From Campylobacterota bacterium (lineage in GTDB: Bacteria > Campylobacterota > Campylobacteria > Campylobacterales > Sulfurimonadaceae), in NCBI GenBank assembly GCA_034661055.1, contig JAYEKO010000087.1, positions 1 through 28,954 of the forward strand: a DNA stretch of 28,954 bases, given 5' to 3'. The stretch's first letter is position 1, and every line of letters starts with the position of its first letter. The translations under genes and the position numbers were made by a program. Positions 9,683 to 19,167 of this stretch are shown here, piece after piece. The notes below the pieces were generated by a model. That model searched no databases and was not told the DNA's origin. It saw only the letters and a list, made by a program, of their open reading frames with translations.

Positions 9683-10087
9683 TTAGTATTCTAAAATACG
9701 CGGTAACTCTTTTGCTTGAGCAATCCAACCTTGCACTTGTGAAAGAACCGGAACTTTACGTACTAGGTTACGCTCTGCATTTACCTCTTCCATTTTAACC
9801 ACTAGGTTCTCTGCGTTACGAGTTGCTAATTGAGGGATTGTATTGACATTAGAGAACTCTAATAGATCAGCATACTGAGAACTAATCCCTTTCACACGTG
9901 ATAAGTCTGCTTTGTTTACCCATGTCAAGATTAACTTCTCACTAATTCCTGACTCTTTTGCTACCGCTACACGACCAGCTGGTTTGGCACCCGCTTCAAG
10001 AAGTTTCTCTAGTGTAGCAATTCCTGCCTCTTTTAACTTACTTTGGTATGTTTCACCAATACCCTCAATATCTGAAAGTTTTGCCAT
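9683..10087 (-). CDS. DUF4332 domain protein (helix-hairpin-helix)
   Basis: L.DIEGIG..Y..KL..AGI, WVN.ADL.RV.GI..QYADLLE and V.GWI.QAK.LPR..EY match this family. Confidence 0.88.
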   Translation of the reverse strand: MAKLSDIEGIGETYQSKLKEAGIATLEKLLEAGAKPAGRVAVAKESGISEKLILTWVNKADLSRVKGISSQYADLLEFSNVNTIPQLATRNAENLVVKMEEVNAERNLVRKVPVLSQVQGWIAQAKELPRILEY

Positions 10088-10138
10088 AATAGAACCTTTT
10101 TTTAAATTTTAGTAGTATAACTTAAATTGACGTTATAT

Positions 10139-13100
10139 TCAATTAGAATTACCAACTAACTTTTTTCTAAATACAACAGAGTAGAGAAGCGGTATAAAGA
10201 TTAAATTCAGTACCGTTGCCCAGATAATTCCAAAACCAAGCGACACTGCCATTGGTTGCAGTATCATTGCTTGACCTGAGGCAAAGAAAATAAGTGTTGA
10301 AAGACCCAACACAGTTGTAATAGAAGTAAGTAAAATAGGACGCAGACGTGTTCGTGCCAACTGCATTAACTCCTCAAAAGAGCTTGCCTTTTTAATAAAA
10401 CTGACCATTATTAGCCCATCATTAACCACAACACCCATCAAGCCAACAACACCAAGCATGCCAGGCATTGTCATATTGAGCCCAATTAACAGATGACCCA
10501 CAAATACGCCTAGTAGCACTAAAGGAATGGTACTTAAGACAATAAGTGATAGTTTAAGTGAATCAAAGAGCCATACTAAGGTAATAAAAATTAAAATTAT
10601 GGCTGCAATACCTGCTTGTGCCATCTCCTGTTTTGTTTTAGCATTCTCCTCTTGTTCTCCTTTAATATCTACACTATAGCCATCATCTTGCAACTCTTGA
10701 AGTGTTGCCTCAATACCTTGCATCAACTCTTCAGATGTAATGATTTTTTTATCTAGTGATGCGACCACAGAACGTATTCGTTTTCCATTCTCTTTGTTTA
10801 TTTTTACATATGACTTTTCAAGAATAAAATCAGCTACATCACAAAGAGCAATAAACTCTCCAGAGCCTGGTATCTGTAACTCAAACCCATAAATTGAGGA
10901 GAGTGTATCTTTTTTATTACCCTCAATACGGATACGCACCAACCCCTCTTCATTAAACATCTTGCCATACTCACCTTTTAAGTAATATGAGCGCAACTGT
11001 GCATTTAAGACCTGCTCATTAAATCCCAGTTTTTGTCCATAGTCATTAACTCTAAGCTTTAACTCTTTCTCACCTGTATCAGCATCATTAGCGATGTCAT
11101 GAACACCAACAATCTCTCCTAGTCTTGATTGAAGCTTCTCAAGTCCACTAAGTAATGCCTCGTCGCCCTTACCACCTAAGGCAATCTCAACATCATGTGC
11201 TACAATTCCTGTTCCTGCAATAGTGACACTGAGCTCTTCAAAAAGTATTTCACCATCTTTTTCAACACTTTTTAGTGGTTCCATCCACTCTCGAACATTT
11301 TCGCTTATGGACTTGGCAGTATTATGACGTTTTAGCAGATCTGCGTCATACTCTAATGATAAAATAGGATTTATATATTTATTAAAAAGATTATCTGGTG
11401 CACGTTCATGTAGGTCAATAAACACCTGAAAAAGGTTTTCATTTAGCTCTGCCTCATTTTTAGCATTCATTCTCATACCTACAACAGAAGTAACTGAAGA
11501 CATATCTTCTTTGTCTAGCTTTTCAAGAAGTATTTTTTCAATTTTAGAGACAATAGCCTCTGTTTCATCAAGATCATTGTTAATATTTACCTTTCCACTC
11601 ACATATACCTGAGTCACATCAAAGTCAGGGAAAAGTTGGAATTTGCTGTTCTTAATAAAGAGTGCAGTAGCCCCCACAATAAGTGTGACCATAATAATTA
11701 GTGAGAGAATTCGTCTCTTAAAAAGTACATGTAAAACGGTGTCATACCATCTCCACAGATGCTCCCAAATAGAGTGTGTCATATGCCCCTCTTTACGAAT
11801 ACGTAAGAACTCATATGAGTGTAGTGGTAGAAAATAGAATGCTTCAAATAGTGAGCTAATTAGTAAAATAGAAATCATAACTGGAAGAATTTTAATAAAT
11901 GTCCCCATCTCTCCAGATAAAATAAGTAGCGGTAAAAAAGCAAAAACAGTCGTTGCTGTAGCAGTTAGTACTGCTGGGAACATCTCTAAAGAGCCAATAA
12001 CAACAGCTTCACGTCTATCTTTTCCCTCTTCTAGATGTCGGTAGATATTTTCAGCAACTACAATCGCCTCATCTACTAACATTCCAAGAGCAATCAGCGC
12101 TCCTAGTAAAGAGAGCATATTAAGACTGTAGCCTAAGTAATTTGTAGCAACAAGCCCAATCATAAAACTAAGAGGAATTCCCATGGCAACAACAAGAGCA
12201 ATCCCACGATTAACAAAGACCAACATAGCTAGAAATACCAACATCAAGCCAAACAAAATGTTTGCAAAGACTGTATTGAGACGGTTTTTAATCCAGACCG
12301 AAGTATCTGTATAGATTTCAAACTTTATGTTAGGATATTTTTTAGTATAATCTTTCATTACTGTTCTGATCTCTTTAACTAAAGCGATAGAACTTCCTGT
12401 TTTTGCCTTATTAATATTGACTGAAATATTTTTAACACCGTTATAGTGTGACAACTCACTCTCGTCACTCAACTCAAATGAGATGTCAGCTATGTCTCCT
12501 AAACGAAGACGTTTACTGCCAACGGTTATGAGGCTGTCTTCAATACTTTTTTGCTCTTTTTCACCATTATAGGTACTAATATAGAGATGTTCGCCCTGCT
12601 CTTTTATGGTTCCAATAGGAAAAATAGAACTTAAGTTTTGTAGGGCAGAGATAACCAAGTTGACATCTAAGTCATAAGCTCTGATTTTTTTCTCATTAAT
12701 GCGAATAACCAACTCTACATCAGCATCACCACGAATACTAATATCACTCAGGTCTTTAAAACCGCTAAGTGAGCTTTTTAATTCATCTGCATATTTTAGA
12801 AGCTCTACAGTTGGAACATCCCCAGCTATAGCAATTAAAACTAAAGGAATCTCATTTACATGTATTTTAGCAATTGGCTCATTCATGTCCGATGGTAGAT
12901 CACGCTTAATTTTTGCTATAACATCTTTAACATCATTTAAAACACTGATATTGTTAGAATTTGGTTTGATATCTACTGTCATGGAGAATACACCATTTTT
13001 AATCACAGTCTGTACATCATCAAGTTCGTTAATATTTTTTAGATCATCTTCAATGTTTTTTACAGCCATCTTATCTAAGACATCAGCACTTGTACCTGAA

Positions 13101-13258
13101 TAAGCACCACTAATACTAATTTTATCCATCTGAACAGGAGGGAAAATCTCTTTTGGAATGTTAATGTAAGCAAACACTGAAAGTAGAATAATAAAGAGCA
13201 TAAACATATGATTTAAAAGGGGTTTATCAATTGCGAATTCAATAAAACGTTTTATCAA
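10139..13258 (-). CDS. RND efflux transporter permease (AcrB/AcrD/AcrF family)
   Basis: 1039 aa with 12-TM architecture, GMLVDEAIVVAENI, G.VVNDG and R.RPILLTS.TT..GL motifs; TTG start. Confidence 0.93.
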   Translation of the reverse strand: MIKRFIEFAIDKPLLNHMFMLFIILLSVFAYINIPKEIFPPVQMDKISISGAYSGTSADVLDKMAVKNIEDDLKNINELDDVQTVIKNGVFSMTVDIKPNSNNISVLNDVKDVIAKIKRDLPSDMNEPIAKIHVNEIPLVLIAIAGDVPTVELLKYADELKSSLSGFKDLSDISIRGDADVELVIRINEKKIRAYDLDVNLVISALQNLSSIFPIGTIKEQGEHLYISTYNGEKEQKSIEDSLITVGSKRLRLGDIADISFELSDESELSHYNGVKNISVNINKAKTGSSIALVKEIRTVMKDYTKKYPNIKFEIYTDTSVWIKNRLNTVFANILFGLMLVFLAMLVFVNRGIALVVAMGIPLSFMIGLVATNYLGYSLNMLSLLGALIALGMLVDEAIVVAENIYRHLEEGKDRREAVVIGSLEMFPAVLTATATTVFAFLPLLILSGEMGTFIKILPVMISILLISSLFEAFYFLPLHSYEFLRIRKEGHMTHSIWEHLWRWYDTVLHVLFKRRILSLIIMVTLIVGATALFIKNSKFQLFPDFDVTQVYVSGKVNINNDLDETEAIVSKIEKILLEKLDKEDMSSVTSVVGMRMNAKNEAELNENLFQVFIDLHERAPDNLFNKYINPILSLEYDADLLKRHNTAKSISENVREWMEPLKSVEKDGEILFEELSVTIAGTGIVAHDVEIALGGKGDEALLSGLEKLQSRLGEIVGVHDIANDADTGEKELKLRVNDYGQKLGFNEQVLNAQLRSYYLKGEYGKMFNEEGLVRIRIEGNKKDTLSSIYGFELQIPGSGEFIALCDVADFILEKSYVKINKENGKRIRSVVASLDKKIITSEELMQGIEATLQELQDDGYSVDIKGEQEENAKTKQEMAQAGIAAIILIFITLVWLFDSLKLSLIVLSTIPLVLLGVFVGHLLIGLNMTMPGMLGVVGLMGVVVNDGLIMVSFIKKASSFEELMQLARTRLRPILLTSITTVLGLSTLIFFASGQAMILQPMAVSLGFGIIWATVLNLIFIPLLYSVVFRKKLVGNSN

Positions 13259-13272
13259 GTAGAAGCCTTTGA

Positions 13273-14118
13273 CTAAAAAAGTGATTTAAAAAGTTTTCCC
13301 ACTGCCTCTTCTGCCTCTTCTAGCTCTTTATTATCATTAGGCTCAGGTTTATCTGTAGGTGCTGGGTGCAGCGGTTCTTTCACCGATGGTGGCGTTGCTG
13401 ATACCGATTTTTGGTTGGGATTAAGTAGCATCTGTATCATTGTCGCTGCATGCTGTTTCATCATAGCATCAGCACTCGTGTCGTGGGTAATATCTACTCC
13501 TGATGGCACGTCAAAATGTGATACGTCAACAGCTCCTTTCTCAATCTTTGTAGCCTCTTTTTTTAGAGTCATTCCTAAAGTAGTACCTTCCATTTTCAAC
13601 AAAATAGCCGTATTATGAATACTATAAGTAGTTGCTCCCATCATGCTTGCTTTATCACAACTGTAACCGTGAATCATCGCAGCATTAAATTTTACGCTGC
13701 CATCCATTGTTTGTGCTACGTTAGTACCAAACTTCTTAGAATTTTTCTGTACGGTTTTTTTATCTGATGATGAGAGTTTCTCATACTCCTGCTTCAAATA
13801 CTTTTCCATATTTGTCACTTTGGATCCACTTTTACTCAACATATCAACAGTATAGATCCAGTCTGGAGTAGTAATTGTAAGTTTATCTTCCTCTTTTGAA
13901 AATCCAAACATAATCATACTCGTCTTCTCTCTTTCTGAGAGGTATTTACCGTAATCTTTAATGTAAAGAACCGAACTTCCTTGAGTTGTACCATCTAGGC
14001 TATAACTAATACTAGCACTTTTAAATGGTGCACGATGTTCAAAAGGATTGTTTGAACTGGCAAACAGTGTCACAGCAAAAAGCAACAAGCTTATAGAAAA
14101 AGAGCGTAAAAAAATCAT
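13273..14118 (-). CDS. Secreted hypothetical protein (DUF4412-like beta-rich fold suspected)
   Basis: N-terminal signal peptide, I.GY.C.K and F.VP.G motifs, Pro-rich linker, C-terminal amphipathic GKLFKSLF. Confidence 0.7.
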   Translation of the reverse strand: MIFLRSFSISLLLFAVTLFASSNNPFEHRAPFKSASISYSLDGTTQGSSVLYIKDYGKYLSEREKTSMIMFGFSKEEDKLTITTPDWIYTVDMLSKSGSKVTNMEKYLKQEYEKLSSSDKKTVQKNSKKFGTNVAQTMDGSVKFNAAMIHGYSCDKASMMGATTYSIHNTAILLKMEGTTLGMTLKKEATKIEKGAVDVSHFDVPSGVDITHDTSADAMMKQHAATMIQMLLNPNQKSVSATPPSVKEPLHPAPTDKPEPNDNKELEEAEEAVGKLFKSLF

Positions 14119-14170
14119 AACTAACTACCTTATTTGTAAGTTGCAACAATTATAAATCAGTTTATCTCAC

Positions 14171-14201
14171 AAATTACTTAAAGGCACCTCTAAAGTAATT
14201 T
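14171..14201 (-). terminator. Imperfect hairpin after the ftsL-like gene
   Basis: Inverted repeat AAATTACTT (14171-14179) / AAGTAATTT (14193-14201) with an inner AGG/CCT pair. Confidence 0.4.
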
Positions 14202-14479
14202 TAAAACAGTGTATCTAATATCTGGTTTTTAAACCGAATTGATTCTACTTTTGAAGTAATCACTCGATTTTCCTCTTTTAATGCATTAAACTCACGTTTA
14301 AGTACTGCTATATCACGACTTTTGTAGTAAATTTGATTCTGAACATAAATTTTAGGAAATGAGACAAGAAGAATCATTGTAACAGTTAGTAACATACCAA
14401 CAAGGTATCTTAGGCCCATTTTTGGCAGTGGAGTTATAATACCCTGCACCTCTTCTAAGATATCACTTTTTTCACTCAT
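14201..14479 (-). CDS. FtsL-like cell division protein (single TM plus coiled coil)
   Basis: Directly downstream of rsmH with an ATGAGTGA overlap (start 14479, MSEKSD). TM segment followed by PKIY..N.IYY.SR and a heptad coiled coil; rsmH-ftsL is conserved synteny. Confidence 0.7.
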   Translation of the reverse strand: MSEKSDILEEVQGIITPLPKMGLRYLVGMLLTVTMILLVSFPKIYVQNQIYYKSRDIAVLKREFNALKEENRVITSKVESIRFKNQILDTLF

Positions 14480-15404
14480 AGCTTCGTTCCATCTTGAAAA
14501 TACGCATTTTTGCACTACGACTTCGAGGATTTTTCTTTAACTCATCACTTTTGGCCATAATTGGCTTTTTGCTAATGACTCTACCAAGTGCATTATTATT
14601 ACCGCAAGTACATCGCATAGCCTCACTGCTACAGAGGCAATTTTTAGCCCATTTGGAAAAACGCTGCTTGACAATTCTATCTTCTAAAGAGTGAAATGAG
14701 ATAATAGCGATGTAAGCAGTGTGCAATTTAGATGCTTCAATGGCATCTAAAAGACGCTGTAGCTCACCCAACTCATCATTAACTTCAATACGGATGGCTT
14801 GCATAACTAATGTTGCTGGATGAATTTTCTTACCCCGTGGTGCATAAGGCTTGACTGCATCAGAAAGCTCCTTAGATGAGCTAAAAGGTCGCTTCTGCAT
14901 AATTACAGAGGCAATTTTTTTATAGTTTCTAATTTCACCATATTCACGTAAAATACGCTCAAGCTCTGATTGACTATACCCATTAACAACATCAGCAGCA
15001 CTAAGCGGTGCCTCTGGATCCATCCTCATATCAAGGACATCACTCTCATATGAAAAGCCTCTATCCATCTGGTCCAGCTGTAGCGATGAGACACCAATGT
15101 CGGCTAAAACACCTTTAATTTTTTGAACATCTTCATTTTGAATTACTTTCTCTATAACAGAAGAAAAACGTCCTTTATAAATCTCAAAATGCCCTGTAAA
15201 TGGAGCAAGCCGCTTACTTGAAAAGTCAATTGCAGTCTGGTCTTGGTCAATTCCAATTAACTTAATCTTTGCATTTGACTCTAAAATCATTGAACTATGT
15301 CCAGCATAACCCATGGTACAGTCAATAATCACTCCCTCTTGTATCTCACTAAAAGCATCAATCACCTCTCGATACAGTACAGGAATATGGGGAATATCTT
15401 GCAA
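14472..15404 (-). CDS. rsmH: 16S rRNA m4C1402 methyltransferase
   Basis: HIPVL, DCTMG.AGHS, D.GVSS.QLD, LDMRM, QAIRIEVN.EL, ISFHSLEDRIVK, NPRSRSAK motifs; TTG start. Confidence 0.97.
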   Translation of the reverse strand: MQDIPHIPVLYREVIDAFSEIQEGVIIDCTMGYAGHSSMILESNAKIKLIGIDQDQTAIDFSSKRLAPFTGHFEIYKGRFSSVIEKVIQNEDVQKIKGVLADIGVSSLQLDQMDRGFSYESDVLDMRMDPEAPLSAADVVNGYSQSELERILREYGEIRNYKKIASVIMQKRPFSSSKELSDAVKPYAPRGKKIHPATLVMQAIRIEVNDELGELQRLLDAIEASKLHTAYIAIISFHSLEDRIVKQRFSKWAKNCLCSSEAMRCTCGNNNALGRVISKKPIMAKSDELKKNPRSRSAKMRIFKMERSYE

Positions 15405-15439
15405 GCTTGCCCTTAATATAATTTTTACATGTATTTTAC

Positions 15440-15472
15440 ATTATAACGACTTAAAACATTTTATTGTACAAT
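15440..15472. promoter_or_regulatory. Divergent -10 boxes: TATAAT (minus strand, 15440-15445, for rsmH) and TACAAT (plus strand, 15467-15472, for the aldolase-like gene)
   Basis: Consensus or near-consensus hexamers in a short divergent intergenic region. Confidence 0.55.
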
Positions 15473-15478
15473 GCTTCT

Positions 15479-16072
15479 ATGAATATACAACGCATTAAAC
15501 AACAGTTAGGCACGCTGTCATTGTCAATGTTTCGAAAAGATTTTTTTGGAATATATCACGGTTCAATCTCTGCTCGGGTAGAATCAAATCTCTTTGTAAT
15601 AAATCACAAAGAGGCCATTTTTGATGATATTAATGAGAACTCTTTAGTGGAACTCTATTTTAATAAAGACTACCGTTGGAAAAAAGCTAGTCTTGATGCA
15701 GAGATTCACAAAGAGATATATCAACAGCATAGTGACGCAAAGTTCATCTCTTTCACAATGCCACCATTTACTGTAGCATATTCTCTAATGCACAACGTAA
15801 TTTCACCACTTGATTACTTTGGGAAAAAAGAGTTTCCTGCTATTTATGTCTATGATCCTAAAGAGTTTGATGACTGGTATGACAGAGCTACCACTGCTAT
15901 CTCTCAATATTTTTCTCATAGCCAATCCAATATAATAGTCATTAAGGGCTACGGTGTTTATGCCTACAATCGTGATCTGCATGAGATGGCAAAACAGTTG
16001 GCAATTTTAGAGAAAAGCTGTCGTCTTTTAATGCTCAATTCTAAAACAGCCGCGCTCGATATAGATAACTAA
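15479..16072 (+). CDS. Class II aldolase/adducin N-terminal domain protein
   Basis: G.ISAR, S.DA.IH..IY, G.GVY.Y.RD motifs. ATG 15479 is preferred over the TTG at 15464. Confidence 0.8.
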   Translation: MNIQRIKQQLGTLSLSMFRKDFFGIYHGSISARVESNLFVINHKEAIFDDINENSLVELYFNKDYRWKKASLDAEIHKEIYQQHSDAKFISFTMPPFTVAYSLMHNVISPLDYFGKKEFPAIYVYDPKEFDDWYDRATTAISQYFSHSQSNIIVIKGYGVYAYNRDLHEMAKQLAILEKSCRLLMLNSKTAALDIDN

Positions 16073-16107
16073 TCGTTTTTGATACTAACAGAAGCATATC
16101 TACACAA

Positions 16108-16134
16108 ATCCCTATAAACAGGGGACTGTTTTTT
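16108..16134 (+). terminator. Possible intrinsic terminator after the aldolase-like gene
   Basis: Short stem TCCCT-ATAAAC-AGGGG followed by a T tract at 16129-16134. Confidence 0.35.
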
Positions 16135-16297
16135 ATTGAGTTCTATTTTTATTCTCTAAAACTAACAAAACAAGCATTAAATTTTCAAATATTATTTAAT
16201 TCACAAAAAATAGTAAAATTTATATTCATAAATCGATATAAATATGTTAAAATACAGTCCATATATATACAATACTTCTATCAAGGTTAATACTACA

Positions 16298-17761
16298 ATG
16301 ATTACATGGATGCAACGACATAAAAAATACCTCATTATCACAATGTGGATTTCAACTATCGCTTTTATTGGAGCCGGTTTTGTTGGCTGGGGACAATACA
16401 GCTATGGAGATAAAGCAACTGCTATTGCAAAAGTTGGAGAAGTGCCAATTTCCAATGCAGACCTTCAAAAAAGCTACAGCAGACTTTATGCGCAATATGC
16501 TCAGATGTTTCAAGGAAACTTTGATGAAGAGAAAGCTAAACAATTTGGACTTCAAAAGCAGGCAATTCGTCAACTTATTGATCAGGCTCTAATTTTAAAT
16601 CTTGCCAAGAGCTATAAACTTCGTGTTAGCGATGAAGAACTTTTAAAAGAGATTCAAACTCAAACTGTTTTTCATAACAATGGTACTTTTGACAAAGATG
16701 TCTATCAAAAAACATTAAAGCAGAATCGACTTTCAATGAGAGAGTATGAAGAAGATGTCAAAAAGTCAATGTTAATCTCAAAAGTTTTTAAAATTTTCAA
16801 TCCATCAGTACTCTCATTAGAAAAAGAGCTCATAAATAGTGCTATGGGTATTGAAGATAAAATTAGTTACAAAATTTTAGATAACAGCATGGTGACAGTT
16901 GACTCTAGCCATGAGAACATCAATGCTTATTGGGAAATGCACAAGAGCAACTTCATGACATTGCCATCATATAAAACATCACTTATAAAACAGGAGTTTA
17001 TCTCAGCAGATGCAACTGACGAAGCAATTCAAACATATTACAATGAAAACAAGCATGACTTTAAAGATAGTGAAGGTGCTATTTTAGAATTAGAGAGTGC
17101 TAGGGACCTAGTAGTCAAAGCACTTAATGAAAAGGCGAGTAAAAAAGAGGCTCTTAAAAAGTACATCGCATTTAAAAAAGGAAAGCTTGATGACTCAATA
17201 GAAATTCAACATATGGCAATTGATAGTGCTAACAACATCTTTGGTCCAGCAATTTTTAAAGAGATCACAGAGCTCACTACCGCTAAGCCATTCTTAAAGC
17301 CTAGAAAAGTAGGAAACGCTTTTATGATTCTAAAGCTTGATGCCCTTGAAGCATCTACCGAGAAGAGTTTTGATCAGGCAAAAGATGAAGTTACACTAGC
17401 CTACAACAGCTCTGAAACAACCAGATTGCTTCAAGAGTTAGCACAAAACAGTACCGACTTTAGTGGAGATGAGACAGAGTTTGTCTCTCGTGAGAGCGTT
17501 AGTAGCATTGAAGGACTTTCACCACAAGAAGCGTCAGAGTTTATAAATGCAATTTTTGACAAACAGGACAAACAAGGTTTTGTTGAGCTGAGTGATAAAA
17601 AGATTGTTCTGTACAACATTTTGGAACAACAATTGCTTAACAAATCTATAACAGAAGAAGACAAAAATGTTATTCAGATGAAAACCTCACTGCTGAATCG
17701 TGGTCTTGTTCAATTGCTTGAAAGCAAATACCCTGTAGAGATGTTTGTGAAAGGACTGTAA
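16298..17761 (+). CDS. ppiD: PpiD-like membrane-anchored periplasmic chaperone / peptidyl-prolyl isomerase (SurA N-terminal domain)
   Basis: MITWMQRHKKYL..T.WISTIAF.GAG.VGWG anchor, SurA_N features (L..LI...L....A....L.VSD.E), position upstream of ftsA. Start 16298 follows an AAGG RBS; extended -10 TGTTAAAAT at 16245-16253. Confidence 0.85.
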   Translation: MITWMQRHKKYLIITMWISTIAFIGAGFVGWGQYSYGDKATAIAKVGEVPISNADLQKSYSRLYAQYAQMFQGNFDEEKAKQFGLQKQAIRQLIDQALILNLAKSYKLRVSDEELLKEIQTQTVFHNNGTFDKDVYQKTLKQNRLSMREYEEDVKKSMLISKVFKIFNPSVLSLEKELINSAMGIEDKISYKILDNSMVTVDSSHENINAYWEMHKSNFMTLPSYKTSLIKQEFISADATDEAIQTYYNENKHDFKDSEGAILELESARDLVVKALNEKASKKEALKKYIAFKKGKLDDSIEIQHMAIDSANNIFGPAIFKEITELTTAKPFLKPRKVGNAFMILKLDALEASTEKSFDQAKDEVTLAYNSSETTRLLQELAQNSTDFSGDETEFVSRESVSSIEGLSPQEASEFINAIFDKQDKQGFVELSDKKIVLYNILEQQLLNKSITEEDKNVIQMKTSLLNRGLVQLLESKYPVEMFVKGL

Positions 17762-17763
17762 GT

Positions 17764-19149
17764 TTGAGCCGAACTGTTTTAGCTATTGATATTGGTTCCA
17801 CTAAGATATGTGCCATCATTGCTGATGTCAGTGATGACAATGACGTTAAAGTAACTGGTGCTGGCATTGCAAAAGCACAAGGACTTAAAAAAGGAAGCAT
17901 CACTAACATTGAACTTGCCTCTAAGTCTATTAAAAATGCCCTAAGTGATGCTAAGAGAGTATCGGGTGCTGACATTAAAAATGCAACAGTCTCTATATCT
18001 GGTGCATATACTAAAAGTTTAAATTCCAGCGGTATTGTCAACATTATCAATAAAGAGATTAGTATTAAAGAGATTGAACGTGTCATGCATACCTCTTTAT
18101 ATAACGCAAATATTCCAAATGATTATGAAGTACTTCATACACTGCCGTATAACTTTAAAGTTGATGATCAAGACTTTATTGAAGACCCGCTAGGAATGAA
18201 TGCATCACGTCTTGAAGTAGAGACCCATATTGTCACTACACAAAAATCAAATCTTCACAACCTTAAAAAAGCAGTTAAAGCTGCAGGAGTAGAAGTAGAC
18301 AACATCTTATTAAGCGGTTATTCATCTGCAATTGCAACACTTAATGAAGATGAAAAAGAGCTCGGTGTCGCTGTGATTGATATGGGTGGCAGCACCAGCA
18401 ACCTTGTTATTCACTCAGGAAACTCTATTCGTTATAATGACTTTTTGGGAGTCGGCTCTAACCATATTACTAACGATCTCTCAATGGCACTACATACACC
18501 ACTTAATGTGGCTGACAGTGTTAAAATGACTTATGGTTCACTACATACACCAAGCAATGACCTTATTGAACTTCCAATTATTGGTGATGAGAACTCAACC
18601 CATGAGGTCTCATTAGAAGTTGTACATAATGTTATCTATGCACGAGTGGAAGAGACGCTAATGATTATTGCACAGTCACTTGAAAAAAGTGGTCTTAAAG
18701 AGCATATAGGTGCAGGTATTGTTCTTACAGGCGGCTTTACAAAAATGGATGGCATTCGCGAACTTGCGGTTGCAATTTTTGACAACATGCCGGTACGTCT
18801 TGCTAAGCCTATTGAGATGGATGGTCTTTTCGATACACTCAGAGACCCATCTTATTCAGGAGCAGTAGGTCTTATCCGTTATGCTTCTGGTAAATATTCA
18901 CCTTATGAAATCGATGTCAACAAAAAGATGCGCCACTCTAATGAAGATCCTGCTGAAGGTGGAGTAGCATCGTTAGCAGATATAAGTGGTGACATTGGAA
19001 ACGAAGCTATCTCTATTGATCTTCCAAATAGTGAAGAGATAGGTGATATAAAAAGTGAACTTGCCTCACTTCCAGATCAGAAAAACAAAAATAGTGACGA
19101 AGCAGGGATGTTTGGTAAATTTTGGAATTGGGTCACCCAATTATTTTAA
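17764..19149 (+). CDS. ftsA: Cell division protein FtsA
   Basis: DIGSTKI, G.KKG.I.NI, EKELGV..IDMGG.TS, G.VLTGG motifs, C-terminal amphipathic helix (KFWNWVTQLF); TTG start. Confidence 0.97.
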   Translation: MSRTVLAIDIGSTKICAIIADVSDDNDVKVTGAGIAKAQGLKKGSITNIELASKSIKNALSDAKRVSGADIKNATVSISGAYTKSLNSSGIVNIINKEISIKEIERVMHTSLYNANIPNDYEVLHTLPYNFKVDDQDFIEDPLGMNASRLEVETHIVTTQKSNLHNLKKAVKAAGVEVDNILLSGYSSAIATLNEDEKELGVAVIDMGGSTSNLVIHSGNSIRYNDFLGVGSNHITNDLSMALHTPLNVADSVKMTYGSLHTPSNDLIELPIIGDENSTHEVSLEVVHNVIYARVEETLMIIAQSLEKSGLKEHIGAGIVLTGGFTKMDGIRELAVAIFDNMPVRLAKPIEMDGLFDTLRDPSYSGAVGLIRYASGKYSPYEIDVNKKMRHSNEDPAEGGVASLADISGDIGNEAISIDLPNSEEIGDIKSELASLPDQKNKNSDEAGMFGKFWNWVTQLF

Positions 19150-19167
19150 GCAACTAAGGAGAGAAGC

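Noticed and set aside
16073..16243. Possible ncRNA or riboswitch in the AT-rich intergenic region before ppiD
   Set aside because: Only a weak hairpin and A/T tracts are visible, with no recognisable RNA family features.
16244..16297. Longer N-terminus of ppiD
   Set aside because: It overlaps an extended -10 box, and the RBS and typical MITWMQ start point to 16298.
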